From Smithella sp. PtaU1.Bin162 (GTDB lineage: Bacteria > Desulfobacterota > Syntrophia > Syntrophales > Smithellaceae), in contig MVRV01000039.1 of the NCBI GenBank assembly GCA_002068015.1, positions 755 through 64,754 of the forward strand: DNA of 64,000 nt, in the 5' to 3' direction. This document shows, in pieces, positions 1-9,813 of this stretch. Below the pieces are notes generated by a model, which ran no database searches, was not told where the DNA came from, and saw only the letters and a list, made by a program, of their open reading frames with translations. Position 1 is the first letter of the stretch, and each line of letters opens with the position of its first letter. The position numbers and the translations under genes are program-made.

Positions 1-270
1 CTTTTAAACGGCACCTTTGAAGAAACAATCGGTTTTCTGGGCGAGCCGCGTTTGGTTGCCCTCTTGGGACCGTCTACCCCGCTCATTTCTTCAATTTTTC
101 AGGATACGCCCGTTACTCACTTAGGAGGGGCCGTCATTGCGGATCCGGCAAATGTATTGCAAATAATCTCCGAGGGAGGCGGCACTCCCGCTTTGAGGCC
201 TTATCTGCGGTTTGTTAATTTGAATTGCAGAGTCGGGAAACCAATAATCTCTCCGGGCAACTGTAGATGA
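1..270 (+). CDS. C-terminal fragment of a DUF364-like (Rossmann-like, putative metal-chelation) protein; 5' end is off-window
   Basis: Frame 1 is open from base 1 to the stop at 268-270. The tail LLGPSTPL..THLGGAVIADP..GGGTPALRPY resembles DUF364 C-termini from memory; not verified. Confidence 0.4.
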   Translation, partial: LLNGTFEETIGFLGEPRLVALLGPSTPLISSIFQDTPVTHLGGAVIADPANVLQIISEGGGTPALRPYLRFVNLNCRVGKPIISPGNCR

Positions 271-1030
271 AACCGCCCGTATTCCGGACATACCCCATAA
301 TAGTCACATTGTGTTCCCGCGCAAGCTTTACGGCGGCGGCAGTTGGCGTTGATTTGGAAACCACAACGGGAATGCCGATCCGGATAATTTTTGCCATAAT
401 CTCCGAAGATATTCTTCCGGAAGCAAAAACAATTCCCCTGCCTGATAAATATTTTTTGGCGGATTTCAGCAGAATTCCCGTCATTTTATCATAGCAGTTG
501 TGCCGCCCGATATCTTCCGTCAGTATTTCGCAATCCGGTGTGTAAAAAAGAACGCTGTGCACGCCGCCGACAGTGGCGAATATTTCCGATTTGGTGATAA
601 AAGCCGCCATTAAATCCAGGATGCCGTCGAGGGGGAAAGTTATTTTGGACGTAAGCGCTTCATATTGATTCTGTGCCGGCGGATTAATATGGTATCTGCC
701 GCCACTGGAAGTAATGCTGTTCGTGCTATATTGATTTCCGGGAACAATTCCCTCTTTCAGCTCAACGCTTACAGCCGGTATCTTGTCGTTAAAAGAAATA
801 TTTTTCACATCCTGCAGAGAATCAATAATTCCTTCATTATAAAGAAAACCTATAACCAGTTCTTCCTGCTGCTGATTGAGGCAGGAAATAGTTATCAGTT
901 CCATTCCGTTTAAAATAATTTTCAGAAATGTTTCGGTGATAACTTTTTTGCCGGTAGCGGAGAGACGGCAGCCGCTTTCATCTTTCGTAATCTCAAGAAC
1001 GGCAAGTTCTTCGAAAATATTATTTTCCAA
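215..1030 (-). CDS. fdhD: Formate dehydrogenase accessory sulfurtransferase FdhD
   Basis: 271 aa with FdhD-type motifs (GGVHS, GRHNCYDK). TTG start preceded by AAGGA. Divergent from the fdh operon. Confidence 0.88.
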   Translation of the reverse strand: MENNIFEELAVLEITKDESGCRLSATGKKVITETFLKIILNGMELITISCLNQQQEELVIGFLYNEGIIDSLQDVKNISFNDKIPAVSVELKEGIVPGNQYSTNSITSSGGRYHINPPAQNQYEALTSKITFPLDGILDLMAAFITKSEIFATVGGVHSVLFYTPDCEILTEDIGRHNCYDKMTGILLKSAKKYLSGRGIVFASGRISSEIMAKIIRIGIPVVVSKSTPTAAAVKLAREHNVTIMGYVRNTGGFIYSCPERLLVSRLCNSN

Positions 1031-1258
1031 AGCAGTATTCCTTTCCGGTCTGAATGTTTGCGTCGCTACTATATGAAGAAAATATTTTGCCTGTCAACGA
1101 CAGATTTTTTGATAAAACAAAACACGATTAAAATTTTATGACCAAAAGTCATTAATTGTCGGCAACTTTCGACCATGATGCCATACGGTACCGATCTTGT
1201 TACACTTTTTTGTTATGTCATAAATGGCATAAATAGCTAAAATCACTCATCTTTACCG

Positions 1259-1287
1259 TTGACAACACTACGCATTAAATATATAGC
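1259..1287 (+). promoter_or_regulatory. Candidate sigma70 promoter of the fdh operon
   Basis: TTGACA at 1259-1264, a 17-nt spacer, then TATAGC at 1282-1287. This would leave a leader of about 160 nt. Confidence 0.25.
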
Positions 1288-1448
1288 ATTTCTCCGGATT
1301 AAAACGTTATTTGCTGGAAAAATTCCTTGTTCTTTAGCCTTGATTTTTCCAAACAGATTTTCCTGGATAATGATTGCAATTCAAGGAAACGGCTGTTTAT
1401 TGAAGGTTAAAGATCATGAAAAGAATATCAGGAGAGGAGAAGGATTTC

Positions 1449-4400
1449 ATGAATGTCAGCAGAAGAAGTTTCTTGAAGATTTCCGGTGCTGTGCTGGCAA
1501 CCAGTGGATTGGGCGTGAGTCTTAAACCGATAGCCGCGCACGCCCGGGAGTTGAAAATCAAATACGCCCAGAAAACCACCACTGTTTGCCCTTATTGTTC
1601 CGTGGGATGCAGCATTATCGTATCCGTTCGTGACGGTAAGGTCATCAACACCGAGGGGGATCCCGACAGTCCCATCAGCCGTGGATCACTCTGCAGCAAA
1701 GGCGGATCGATCTATCAGATGGCCGTGAACCAAAATCGTCTGGGCAAACCGCTTTACCGTGCGCCTTTTGCCACATCCTGGAAAGAAGTTGATTGGGAAT
1801 GGGCGCTTGCGAAGATCGCCGAAAATATCAAGAAAAGCCGGGACGTCAGTTTTAAAAAAACCAACAGCAAAGGTGAGCTCGTCAACCGCACCGAAGGCAT
1901 TGCCTCTGTGGGATCGGCGGCAATGGACCTGGAAGAGTGCTTCACATACCAAAAATTCCTGAGGGGGTTGGGCCTTGTTTATATTGAACATCAGGCCCGT
2001 ATCTGACACAGTCCAACTGTACCGGCTCTGGCAGAGTCGTTCGGACGTGGTGCAATGACCAATCACTGGGTCGATATAAAAAACAGTGACGTGATATTAA
2101 TTATGGGAAGCAACCCCGCTTCCAATCACCCTGTTTCCTTCAAGTGGATAATGGAAGCGGTGGAAAAGCGGGGCGCTAAGGTTATTTGTGTTGATCCGCG
2201 GTTTACGCAATCGGCATCGAAGTCGCATCTTTACGCGCCGCTTCGTTCCGGAACGGATATCGCTTTTCTGGGCGGTATGATCAAATACATTTTGGACAAC
2301 AATCTTTATTTTGAAGAATATGTTAAAAATTACACCAATGCCGGTTTCCTCGTCAATCCGGCCTTTAAAATGCCGGGACAAAATAAAGGCGTTTTTTCCG
2401 GGCTGACAAACGGCAAGTATGAAAAAGACACCTGGACGTATCAAACGGATGCGGAAGGAGTCATTAAAAAAGATAAAACACTGAATGATCCGAATTGCGT
2501 TTTCCAGCTTCTGAAAAAGCACTATTCACGTTACACGCCGGAACTTGTCGAGAAAATTACCGGAACGCCCAAAGACAAGCTGATTGAAATATACAAACTC
2601 TATGGTTCTACCGGTAAACCGGATAAGGCCGGAGTTGAGCTCTACGCCATGGGCTGGACGCAGCATACCGTCGGTGTGCAAAATATCCGCACCATGTGCA
2701 TAATCCAGTTGCTTTTGGGTAATATGGGTATTGCGGGCGGCGGGATTGCAGCGATGAGAGGCGAGGGTAATGTGCAGGGTTCCACCGATCACGGCCTTTT
2801 ATTCCATATCTGGCCCGGTTATCTGGGAACGCCTACCGCGTCGCTTACGACGCTCAAAGAATTCAACGAAAAACGCACACCCAAGACCAAGGAAAAGGAT
2901 TCGCTCAACTGGTGGAAAAATTTCCCGAAATATTCGGCGAGCTTCCTCAGATCCATGTACGGAACGAATCTGTCGATAGAAGATGCCTACAAAGTGATGC
3001 CGAAGCTCGATGACGGTGCCAATTACTCCTGGCTGACGATTTTTGATCAGATGTATAAGGGGCAATTTACCGGATTCTTTGCCTGGGGTATGAACCCCGC
3101 ATGCAGCGGTGCTCATTCCAACAAGGTCCGTCAGGCGATGACCAAACTCGACTGGATGGTCAACGTTAATCTGTTTGATAACGAAACGGGGTCTTTCTGG
3201 CGAGGCCCGGGTATGGATCCCGCGAAAATCAAGACGGAAGTTTTCCTGCTTCCCTGTGCTTCTTCCATCGAAAAGGAAGGCAGTATTGCCAACAGCGGCC
3301 GTCTGATGCAGTGGCGCTATAAGGCGGTCAATCCTCCGGGAGAGGCTCTGCCCGACGGCGACATCATGAGCGAAATCTTCTTCAAGGTAAAAGAACTCTA
3401 CGAGCAGAAGGGTGGTCCGCTCAAAGAAGCCATTACACAATTAACCTGGCCCTACGGTAAAATGGCCGGTAAGCATTTCCATTATGAGCCCCGTAAAGTC
3501 GCGGCTGAAATCAACGGCTTCTTCCTTACGGACAAGAAATTGGAAAACCCAACCAAAAAGGGCGAATTTAAAGAATTTAAAAAGGGTGATCTTGTACCGA
3601 CCTTTGCCTGGCTGCAGGATGACGGTTCCACCTCGTCCGGCTGCTGGATATACTGCGGATCGGTCACAGAAAAAGGCAATATGGCCATGCGCCGTGGACA
3701 GGCTGATCCCACGGGTTTGGGGCTCTTCTCCGAATGGGCCTGGTCGTGGCCGGTCAACCGCCGCATCATTTACAACGGCGCTTCAGTTGATCCCCAGGGT
3801 AATCCCTGGGATCCCAAGCGGGCGGTTATTAAATGGAGCGGTGAAAAGTGGGTAGGCGATGTTCCGGATGGGACGGGCAATCCCGGCAAGGGGCGGCCGC
3901 CGTTCATCATGAAGCCGGACGGTGTGGCGAGCCTCTATGGTCCGGGACTGGTCGACGGTCCCTTCCCCGAGCACTATGAACCGGTCGAGTGTCCTATAGA
4001 AAAGAATATTCTGTCGCCACAGAAGAATAATCCTGTCATTAAACGTTTTGACGCAAGCGGTGTCGGTTCCGATCTGGATGTTTACTCCGGTGTGACAACT
4101 TGTGATCCGCGCTATCCATTCATCTGCTCGACTTATCGGGTCAGCGAACACTGGCAGACGGGAGTGCTTACCCGCTGGTGTCCGTGGCTGGCGGAAATGC
4201 AACCGGGTATGTTTGTGGAGATAAGCCAGGAATTGGCCAAAGAAAGAGGTATTGTCAACGGAGATGAATGTATAGTTAAATCCGTGCGTGGACAAGTGGA
4301 GGCAAGGGCAATTGTCACCCCCCGTTTCAAACCATTTAACATTGACGGTAATACAATTCATGAAGTCGGTATTCCCTGGCATTATGGCTGGATTACGACC

Positions 4401-4556
4401 AAAGACCGGAAATACAACCCCGGCGACAAGAAAGCGGAAGTCTTCACCCAGGGTGACGCGGCAAATCTTCTGACTTCAACCATCGGCGATGCCAACACCA
4501 TGATTCCGGAGAGCAAAGCCTTTATGGTGAATGTTGCGAAGAAGGGGGTGAAGTAA
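1449..4556 (+). CDS. fdhA: Formate dehydrogenase alpha subunit, molybdopterin-containing, Tat-exported, selenocysteine-containing (in-frame TGA at 2004-2006)
   Basis: The track splits it into 1416-2006 and 2055-4556. Both pieces are in one frame and read YIEHQARI-TGA-HSPTVPALAESFGRGAMTNHW, the classic FDH Sec site. Twin-arginine signal MNVSRRSFLK. A GGAGAGGAGAAGG Shine-Dalgarno sequence sits before the ATG at 1449. N-terminal CPYCSVGC FeS motif. Confidence 0.93.
2007..2046 (+). promoter_or_regulatory. Putative bacterial SECIS stem-loop directly 3' of the fdhA UGA
   Basis: Outer arms gtccaac (2011-2017) and gttcggac (2039-2046, one bulge). Inner arms ggctct (2024-2029) and agagtc (2033-2038) close a G-rich apical loop. 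Drawn by hand, not folded computationally. Confidence 0.45.
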
Positions 4557-4557
4557 A

Positions 4558-5358
4558 ATGGCCGAGAAAATTAAATTATACGATGATTCGAAATGTACCG
4601 CCTGCCGCGGCTGCCAGCTTGCCTGCAAGCAGTGGAACGCACTTACTGCCTCGCAGACGGAAAACAGAGGAACCTACCAGAATCCGCCTTCCCTTGCGCC
4701 TAATACCTTCATGATCATTCACTATCAGGATTATGTGGACGGCAAAGGCAACGTCAAATGGTTGTTCCGGAAGGAAGCCTGCATGCACTGCACCGACGCG
4801 GCCTGTGTGACGGTTTGCCCCAGCGGCGCTCTGCATTATAACAAAGAGACGAAAACCGTGGGATTGGATCACGAAAAATGCATCGGCTGCAGGGAATGTG
4901 TTGCGGCCTGTCCGTTTGAAATTCCCCGGTATGATGCGAAAACAGAGAAAGTTTATAAATGCGATATGTGCGAAAGCCGGATTACCAATAATATGGAACC
5001 GGCCTGTGTGAAGGCTTGTCCGACCGGTGCATTGCAATGGGGAGTCAAGGAAGACATTCTGAAGGCCGCTGCCAGGCGTGTGGAGACATTGGGCGGAGAT
5101 GCGGCGACCTATGGCGATAAATATGTCGGTGGAACGCATTTTATGTATGTTTTAAAAGAGAAACCGGCCGTTTATGAGAACATCCACAAAGATCCGAAAG
5201 TGCCGTTGTCGGTAACAATCTGGAAGGGCTGGTTAAAGCCGCTGAGTCTTTTGGCGGCAGCCGGCGTAGTCGGCGGATCATTCCTCCATTATATCCTTCA
5301 CGGGCCGAAGCGTCCTGATCCGGAGCCCACTGATGAAAAGACGGAAGGAGGGAAATAA
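4558..5358 (+). CDS. fdhB: Formate dehydrogenase beta subunit (4x[4Fe-4S] ferredoxin-type, C-terminal TM anchor)
   Basis: Multiple CxxCxxCxxxCP motifs. Hydrophobic C-terminal helix LLAAAGVVGGSFL. The ATG sits 1 nt after the alpha-subunit stop, with a GGGGGTG Shine-Dalgarno sequence. Confidence 0.9.
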   Translation: MAEKIKLYDDSKCTACRGCQLACKQWNALTASQTENRGTYQNPPSLAPNTFMIIHYQDYVDGKGNVKWLFRKEACMHCTDAACVTVCPSGALHYNKETKTVGLDHEKCIGCRECVAACPFEIPRYDAKTEKVYKCDMCESRITNNMEPACVKACPTGALQWGVKEDILKAAARRVETLGGDAATYGDKYVGGTHFMYVLKEKPAVYENIHKDPKVPLSVTIWKGWLKPLSLLAAAGVVGGSFLHYILHGPKRPDPEPTDEKTEGGK

Positions 5359-5359
5359 G

Positions 5360-6016
5360 ATGAAAAAGGGATTAATTTTGGTAACTTCCGGCTATGAAAG
5401 ATTCGTTCATTGGTTGCTGGCCATTTCCTGCCTGCTTTTATGTTACACGGGATTGGGAATGATGTTTGAATCACTGAACTTTTTCGGCGTCATTTTCGGT
5501 GGATTAAAGGGGTTAAAAATTGCGCATAACTTCATCGGTTTGGTTTTCGGAGTTGCCCTTGGCCTGGCGATCAAGATGTGGTGGAAGGAGGCCGGAGTAT
5601 TTGTATTTCCGGAGGATTTCGAATGGTTTAAGACGGCCGGCGGTTATTTATGGCACGTGGATAAAGTAGCCGAGACAGGCAAATACAATCCCGGTCAGAA
5701 GATGTTTTTTTTAACCGTGGCGGCATTTGGCCTGCTCATGTTTGTGACCGGTTTTTTCATGTGGTTTCAGGAATCATTTCCCTTGGGAAACGATCTGCTA
5801 CACTGGCTTTACCCATTGCATGCATTGGGGTTTGTGGTGATTTTCGCGTTTTTCTTTGTTCATTTGTATCTGGGTACCATAGGTAATCCCGGGACAGTTC
5901 AGGCGATGATCAGCGGCTGGGTGACCAAGGCCTGGATCAGGAAGCAGCATCCGGGCTGGCTCAAGGAAATGGAACGTGAGGGGACACTGATAGTTTACAA
6001 TAAAGAGGAGAAGTAA
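5360..6016 (+). CDS. fdhC: Formate dehydrogenase gamma subunit (cytochrome b, FdnI-like)
   Basis: Four to five TM helices with conserved His (FVHWLL, AHNFIG, HLYLG). GGAAGGAGGG Shine-Dalgarno sequence before the ATG at 5360. Confidence 0.8.
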   Translation: MKKGLILVTSGYERFVHWLLAISCLLLCYTGLGMMFESLNFFGVIFGGLKGLKIAHNFIGLVFGVALGLAIKMWWKEAGVFVFPEDFEWFKTAGGYLWHVDKVAETGKYNPGQKMFFLTVAAFGLLMFVTGFFMWFQESFPLGNDLLHWLYPLHALGFVVIFAFFFVHLYLGTIGNPGTVQAMISGWVTKAWIRKQHPGWLKEMEREGTLIVYNKEEK

Positions 6017-6043
6017 GGTTTTAAAAAATAACATTTAATGAAA

Positions 6044-6078
6044 AGGCCTGAAGTCGTCAACTTCAGGCCTTTTTTATT
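6044..6078 (+). terminator. Rho-independent terminator after the fdh operon
   Basis: aggcctgaag (6044-6053) pairs with cttcaggcct (6061-6070), followed by TTTTTATT. Confidence 0.8.
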
Positions 6079-6237
6079 AAGACTACAGTGGCACAAGCTC
6101 AGCAAAGCAGAATTAATAATCCTGCAAGTTCCAAGTGCGGTACAAAGAAAGAATTGTCATCCGATCCGTATACCGCAATTAAATAATAAGTTGTCCTAAT
6201 AATAAAAATATTATAGCTTAAATCAATAACACTCGCT

Positions 6238-6294
6238 GAAAACAAGCAAAGTGCAGTTTGAAGCGTTAGTGGAATTGATCCCGCAAGCGAAGCC
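6238..6294 (+). repeat. Intergenic repeat, copy A (paralog at 13039-13096)
   Basis: gaaaacaagcaaagtgcagtttgaagcgttagtggaattgatcccgcaagcgaagcc aligns by eye with copy B at roughly 80 percent identity in the same orientation. Confidence 0.7.
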
Positions 6295-6404
6295 AAGTAT
6301 GTTGAGCTATCCGGGATCCAGCGGGTCATATTCCCTGCCCCTTGGGACGAATATATTGGGGCAGAATCGTGAGGATTATTTAGGCCAAATAAGTGTAGTC
6401 ATGC

Positions 6405-7202
6405 ATGCTGGATAAATTTAACAGAGAAATAAACTACTTAAGAATTTCCGTAACCGACAAATGCAACCTGCGCTGTATTTACTGTATGCCCGAGGAAGGT
6501 GTGCAGTTTAAACAACATCAGGATATTCTGCGTTACGAACAGATTGAGCAAATAGTAAGAGAGTCCTCTCTCCTCGGGATCAACAAGATAAGACTGACCG
6601 GCGGGGAACCCCTGATAAAAAAAGATCTGGAAATCTTGATAGAGAAAATAGCAGGTATTCAAGGAATTAAAGAGCTTTGTCTGACGACAAACGGCATTAT
6701 GCTGGCGCAAAAGGCGAAAACATTGAAACAGGCCGGCTTAACCAGCATAAATATATCTCTGGATACACTGCAGCCTGAAAAATACAGGGATATAACAAGA
6801 GGCGGGAATCTGACCGATGTTTTAAGAGGTATAGACAAGGCGGTTAATGAGGGATTTAAAATTAAATTGAACATGGTTGTTCTAAAAGGCATCAATGAAG
6901 ATGAAATAGCCGCCATAAGAAGATTTTGTCTCGATAAGAACATCAGCACGCAGCTTATTAATCATTTCAGCCTGAAGAGTAATAAAAATGACGAGTATTT
7001 CTTTGACCGGCCTCCGAAATGCCTGAATTGCAACCGTATCCGGCTTTTATCCGATGGTGTCTTAAAACCTTGCCTGCATTCGGATATCGAATATAGAGTC
7101 GATTTTACCGATATCAGAAAAAGCCTGGAAAAGGCTATTCTGGCCAAACCGGAAAGGGGATTATCCTGCACGGCAAGAAATATGTTTGAAATAGGAGGTT
7201 GA
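6405..7202 (+). CDS. moaA: GTP 3',8-cyclase MoaA (radical SAM), short form
   Basis: CNLRCIYC radical-SAM motif. C-terminal second cluster motif CLNCNRIRLLSDGVLKPC. Confidence 0.85.
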   Translation: MLDKFNREINYLRISVTDKCNLRCIYCMPEEGVQFKQHQDILRYEQIEQIVRESSLLGINKIRLTGGEPLIKKDLEILIEKIAGIQGIKELCLTTNGIMLAQKAKTLKQAGLTSINISLDTLQPEKYRDITRGGNLTDVLRGIDKAVNEGFKIKLNMVVLKGINEDEIAAIRRFCLDKNISTQLINHFSLKSNKNDEYFFDRPPKCLNCNRIRLLSDGVLKPCLHSDIEYRVDFTDIRKSLEKAILAKPERGLSCTARNMFEIGG

Positions 7203-7654
7203 TGATGAAACTTTCGCACACAAATTCGGCGGGCCATGCTTTTATGGTTGATGTGTCTGCAAAAAAAATAGTAAAAAGGACGGCATCCGCTTATGGAAAA
7301 ATAATTCTGCAGAAAGAAACGATCAATCTTGTTAAATCCAACTTGCTGAAGAAAGGCGATGTTTTGGCAGTAGCCAAAATTGCCGGCATTATGGCCGCAA
7401 AAAAAACGGAAGAACTTATTCCTTTATGCCATTGTTTAAATCTGGAACACGTAGATATTAACTTTAAAATAGCAGACGACGGTATTGAAATAGTGAGCCG
7501 GGTGGTAACTTCCGGGAAAACAGGCGTCGAGATGGAGGCGCTCACTGCCGTTTCCATTTCCGCCCTGACCATTTATGATATGTGCAAAGCCGTTGACAAA
7601 AAAATGATAATAGAAAATGTCCATCTTGTAGAAAAAAAGAAAGAGGAAATATAA
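7199..7654 (+). CDS. moaC: Cyclic pyranopterin monophosphate synthase MoaC
   Basis: 151 aa with a typical MoaC sequence (MVDVS.K..T.R.A, IPLCH). Overlaps the moaA stop by 4 nt. Confidence 0.9.
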   Translation: MMMKLSHTNSAGHAFMVDVSAKKIVKRTASAYGKIILQKETINLVKSNLLKKGDVLAVAKIAGIMAAKKTEELIPLCHCLNLEHVDINFKIADDGIEIVSRVVTSGKTGVEMEALTAVSISALTIYDMCKAVDKKMIIENVHLVEKKKEEI

Positions 7655-7674
7655 TTACCCGGGAATCGGAAAAA

Positions 7675-8112
7675 ATGAAAAAATTTAAAATAGTATCTAT
7701 TAACATTTCGGATAAAAGGGGCGGTAGAAAAACTCCGATTGCGGAAGCCGTCTTGATGGAAAATTTCGGGATAGAGGGGGATGCTCACGGAGGAGACTGG
7801 CACCGGCAGGTCTCTTTGCTGGCCGAAGAAGAAGTTCAGGATATGATCAGAAGAGGCGCCGATGTGACCTGCGGAGACTTTGCCGAAAATATAACAACAC
7901 AAGGTGTTGATCTGGCCAATCTGCCGGTCGGTACCATATTGAATCTCGGCCAGGCGGTTTTGGAAGTTACCCAGATCGGTAAGGAATGTCATCATGATTG
8001 TGCCGTATTTCAACAGATCGGCGATTGCGTGATGCCGCGCAAGGGAATTTTTGCCAGAGTAATAAAAGGCGGGAAAATAAACAATGAAAGTGACTGTTAT
8101 TACAATATCTGA
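7675..8112 (+). CDS. MOSC domain-containing protein
   Basis: 145 aa. GIEGDAHGG..HRQVSLL and a conserved Cys near the C-terminus (GKECHHDC) fit a MOSC beta-barrel. Lies among Moco genes. Confidence 0.7.
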   Translation: MKKFKIVSINISDKRGGRKTPIAEAVLMENFGIEGDAHGGDWHRQVSLLAEEEVQDMIRRGADVTCGDFAENITTQGVDLANLPVGTILNLGQAVLEVTQIGKECHHDCAVFQQIGDCVMPRKGIFARVIKGGKINNESDCYYNI

Positions 8113-8551
8113 CCGGGCGGCCCGGGGGATTTATGAAGATCTTTCCGGTCCGGCAATTGAAAAAATACTGCAGGATAATCTGGAAAATATTGCCGTTGCC
8201 AGAATTGTTGTTCCCGACGAAAAGGATGAGATATTAAAAGCCTTGCGGGCCGCCGCTTCATCCGATTTCATATTAACAACCGGGGGAACCGGGCTTTCCG
8301 CCAGGGATATAACCCCGGAAATCTGCCGGGAGTATTGCGATCGCGAGCTGCCTGGTATTGCGGAGGCATTACGGAGCGAATCCTATAAAGAAACTCCCCA
8401 TGCCTTGCTCTCGCGCGGGTACGCCGGGATGAAGGACAAAACCGTGATCGTTAATTTCCCCGGTTCCGTAAAGGCCGTAACGCTCTGCACAAAGATACTG
8501 ATACCGGTTATGGGTCATGCAATAAAGATGATTAACAACGAGGGACATTAA
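8084..8551 (+). CDS. mog: Molybdopterin adenylyltransferase MogA/MoaB family
   Basis: TTGGTGLSARDITPE motif; 155 aa. Confidence 0.85.
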   Translation: MKVTVITISDRAARGIYEDLSGPAIEKILQDNLENIAVARIVVPDEKDEILKALRAAASSDFILTTGGTGLSARDITPEICREYCDRELPGIAEALRSESYKETPHALLSRGYAGMKDKTVIVNFPGSVKAVTLCTKILIPVMGHAIKMINNEGH

Positions 8552-8786
8552 TTCAAGTCTGAAAAATATCTCAGCGGCGGGGCGGGGACCGGAATCAGCA
8601 AAATTTTACGCATCTTAAGACCTGTTTTGACGGATTAAGAGAATTTTATTTTGCCCGGCGCATTGTAACTTTAAATCTCCGTTTTCGTTCTGCTTTTCAA
8701 TAACACCGGTTGATGAGTCAACGTAGCCGCTTTACCTGTTTTTGCAATAACATTTTATCGGAAGCAATTCGTTTTCCAAATAATAC

Positions 8787-8815
8787 TTGACAATAAAAAT
8801 AAACGAACGTATGTT
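8787..8815 (+). promoter_or_regulatory. Candidate sigma70 promoter of the TetR/beta-oxidation cluster
   Basis: TTGACA (8787-8792), a 17-nt spacer, then TATGTT (8810-8815). Confidence 0.45.
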
Positions 8816-8825
8816 GTCTATCAAT

Positions 8826-8843
8826 AAACAACAAGCGTTGTTT
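8826..8843 (+). promoter_or_regulatory. Candidate TetR operator (inverted repeat)
   Basis: AAACAAC-AAGC-GTTGTTT with perfect 7-bp arms, immediately downstream of the -10 element. Confidence 0.45.
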
Positions 8844-8945
8844 GTTTATAGTGAAATATTTGATGAAAAAGTCGTTGGACAGAGGGCAGGTATAAAAGAA
8901 ATTCTGATAAGTTAATTACACTATTGAGGGGGTGACGGATTAATT

Positions 8946-9605
8946 ATGGCCAGAAAACAGATTGTGCCCAAAATTGCCAATAAAGAATTGGTTAAGGAAA
9001 AGCATAAACGGATTGTTGATGCAGCCAGTGGTTTGTTTTTAAAAAAAGGCTTTCATAAGACCACGATGAGGGACATAGCTAAAAAATCTAAAATAGAACT
9101 TTCTTACCTCTATAAATATATTTCGACTAAAGATGACATTTTATATCTTTTTTATGAACATGTGACCAATCAATATGAGCCCAGATACAGAATGATCGAG
9201 TCTTCCAAAGACGAAGAACCGCTTATGCTTATGCAAAAGGCTCTGTTGTTGATACTGGAAGCAATCCATGGCCGGTTGCATGAAGTGCATACGATGTATA
9301 CGGAAAGCCGTCATCTGAAGCATGATTCCCTCTGTGCGGTTCTCGAAAGAGAAAGTGAGTTTGTTAAAATAATCGAAAGTTTAATCAGGCGCGGCATCAA
9401 AAGCGGTGTTTTTAAGGTTGAAGATCCCGTCATGGCGGCAAATATCGTCCAGTACATGGTCGTTATCGAGAGCTTGCGGGGTTGGAACTTCCGTGGCCGT
9501 TATTGCTTCGAAGATTTTGCTGAATCGGTTATTGATTTCATAATGGGCGGACTCAAGGTTGACGAAAAAAAATGGCAAAAAATAAAAAGTAAAAAGAAAG
9601 GTTAG
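8946..9605 (+). CDS. TetR/AcrR family transcriptional regulator
   Basis: N-terminal HTH (FLKKGFHKTTMRDIAKKSKIELSYLYKYISTKDDIL). 219 aa. Confidence 0.85.
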   Translation: MARKQIVPKIANKELVKEKHKRIVDAASGLFLKKGFHKTTMRDIAKKSKIELSYLYKYISTKDDILYLFYEHVTNQYEPRYRMIESSKDEEPLMLMQKALLLILEAIHGRLHEVHTMYTESRHLKHDSLCAVLERESEFVKIIESLIRRGIKSGVFKVEDPVMAANIVQYMVVIESLRGWNFRGRYCFEDFAESVIDFIMGGLKVDEKKWQKIKSKKKG

Positions 9606-9813
9606 AAATTTTGCTTGGTAGCGGAGGATACATATCGGAGGGGGTATGGCGCTGCCGGCGTCGAAGGAAATCCGCAAGAATTATTCGGAAGTATGGCAGC
9701 TTGAGCAATTCTCCTGTTTTTGGCGGATTGTCCGGTTGCACGTAATACTTAATCACTGTTTTGTTTTTTAGAAACGGAAGAAAGAAATGAACGACAGAAA
9801 AGGGAGGTGTTTT

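Noticed and set aside
1364-1377. Sigma54-like string TGGATAATGATTGC upstream of fdhA
   Set aside because: The GG-to-GC spacing is one nucleotide short of the -24/-12 consensus, and the -24 element is TGGAT rather than TGGCA. Not convincing.
2097-4382. Several 140-213-aa minus-strand ORFs
   Set aside because: All are antisense to fdhA, with no motifs.
6099-6329. 76-aa minus-strand ORF in the fdh-moaA spacer
   Set aside because: It overlaps intergenic repeat copy A and an AT-rich tract. It has no ribosome-binding site, and its sequence is not conserved in copy B in the same frame. It is better explained as non-coding repeat.
6295-6404. Moco riboswitch upstream of moaA
   Set aside because: I looked for the conserved Moco-motif stems and loops but could not recognise them by eye. 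I cannot exclude one without a covariance-model scan, so it is not reported as a feature.
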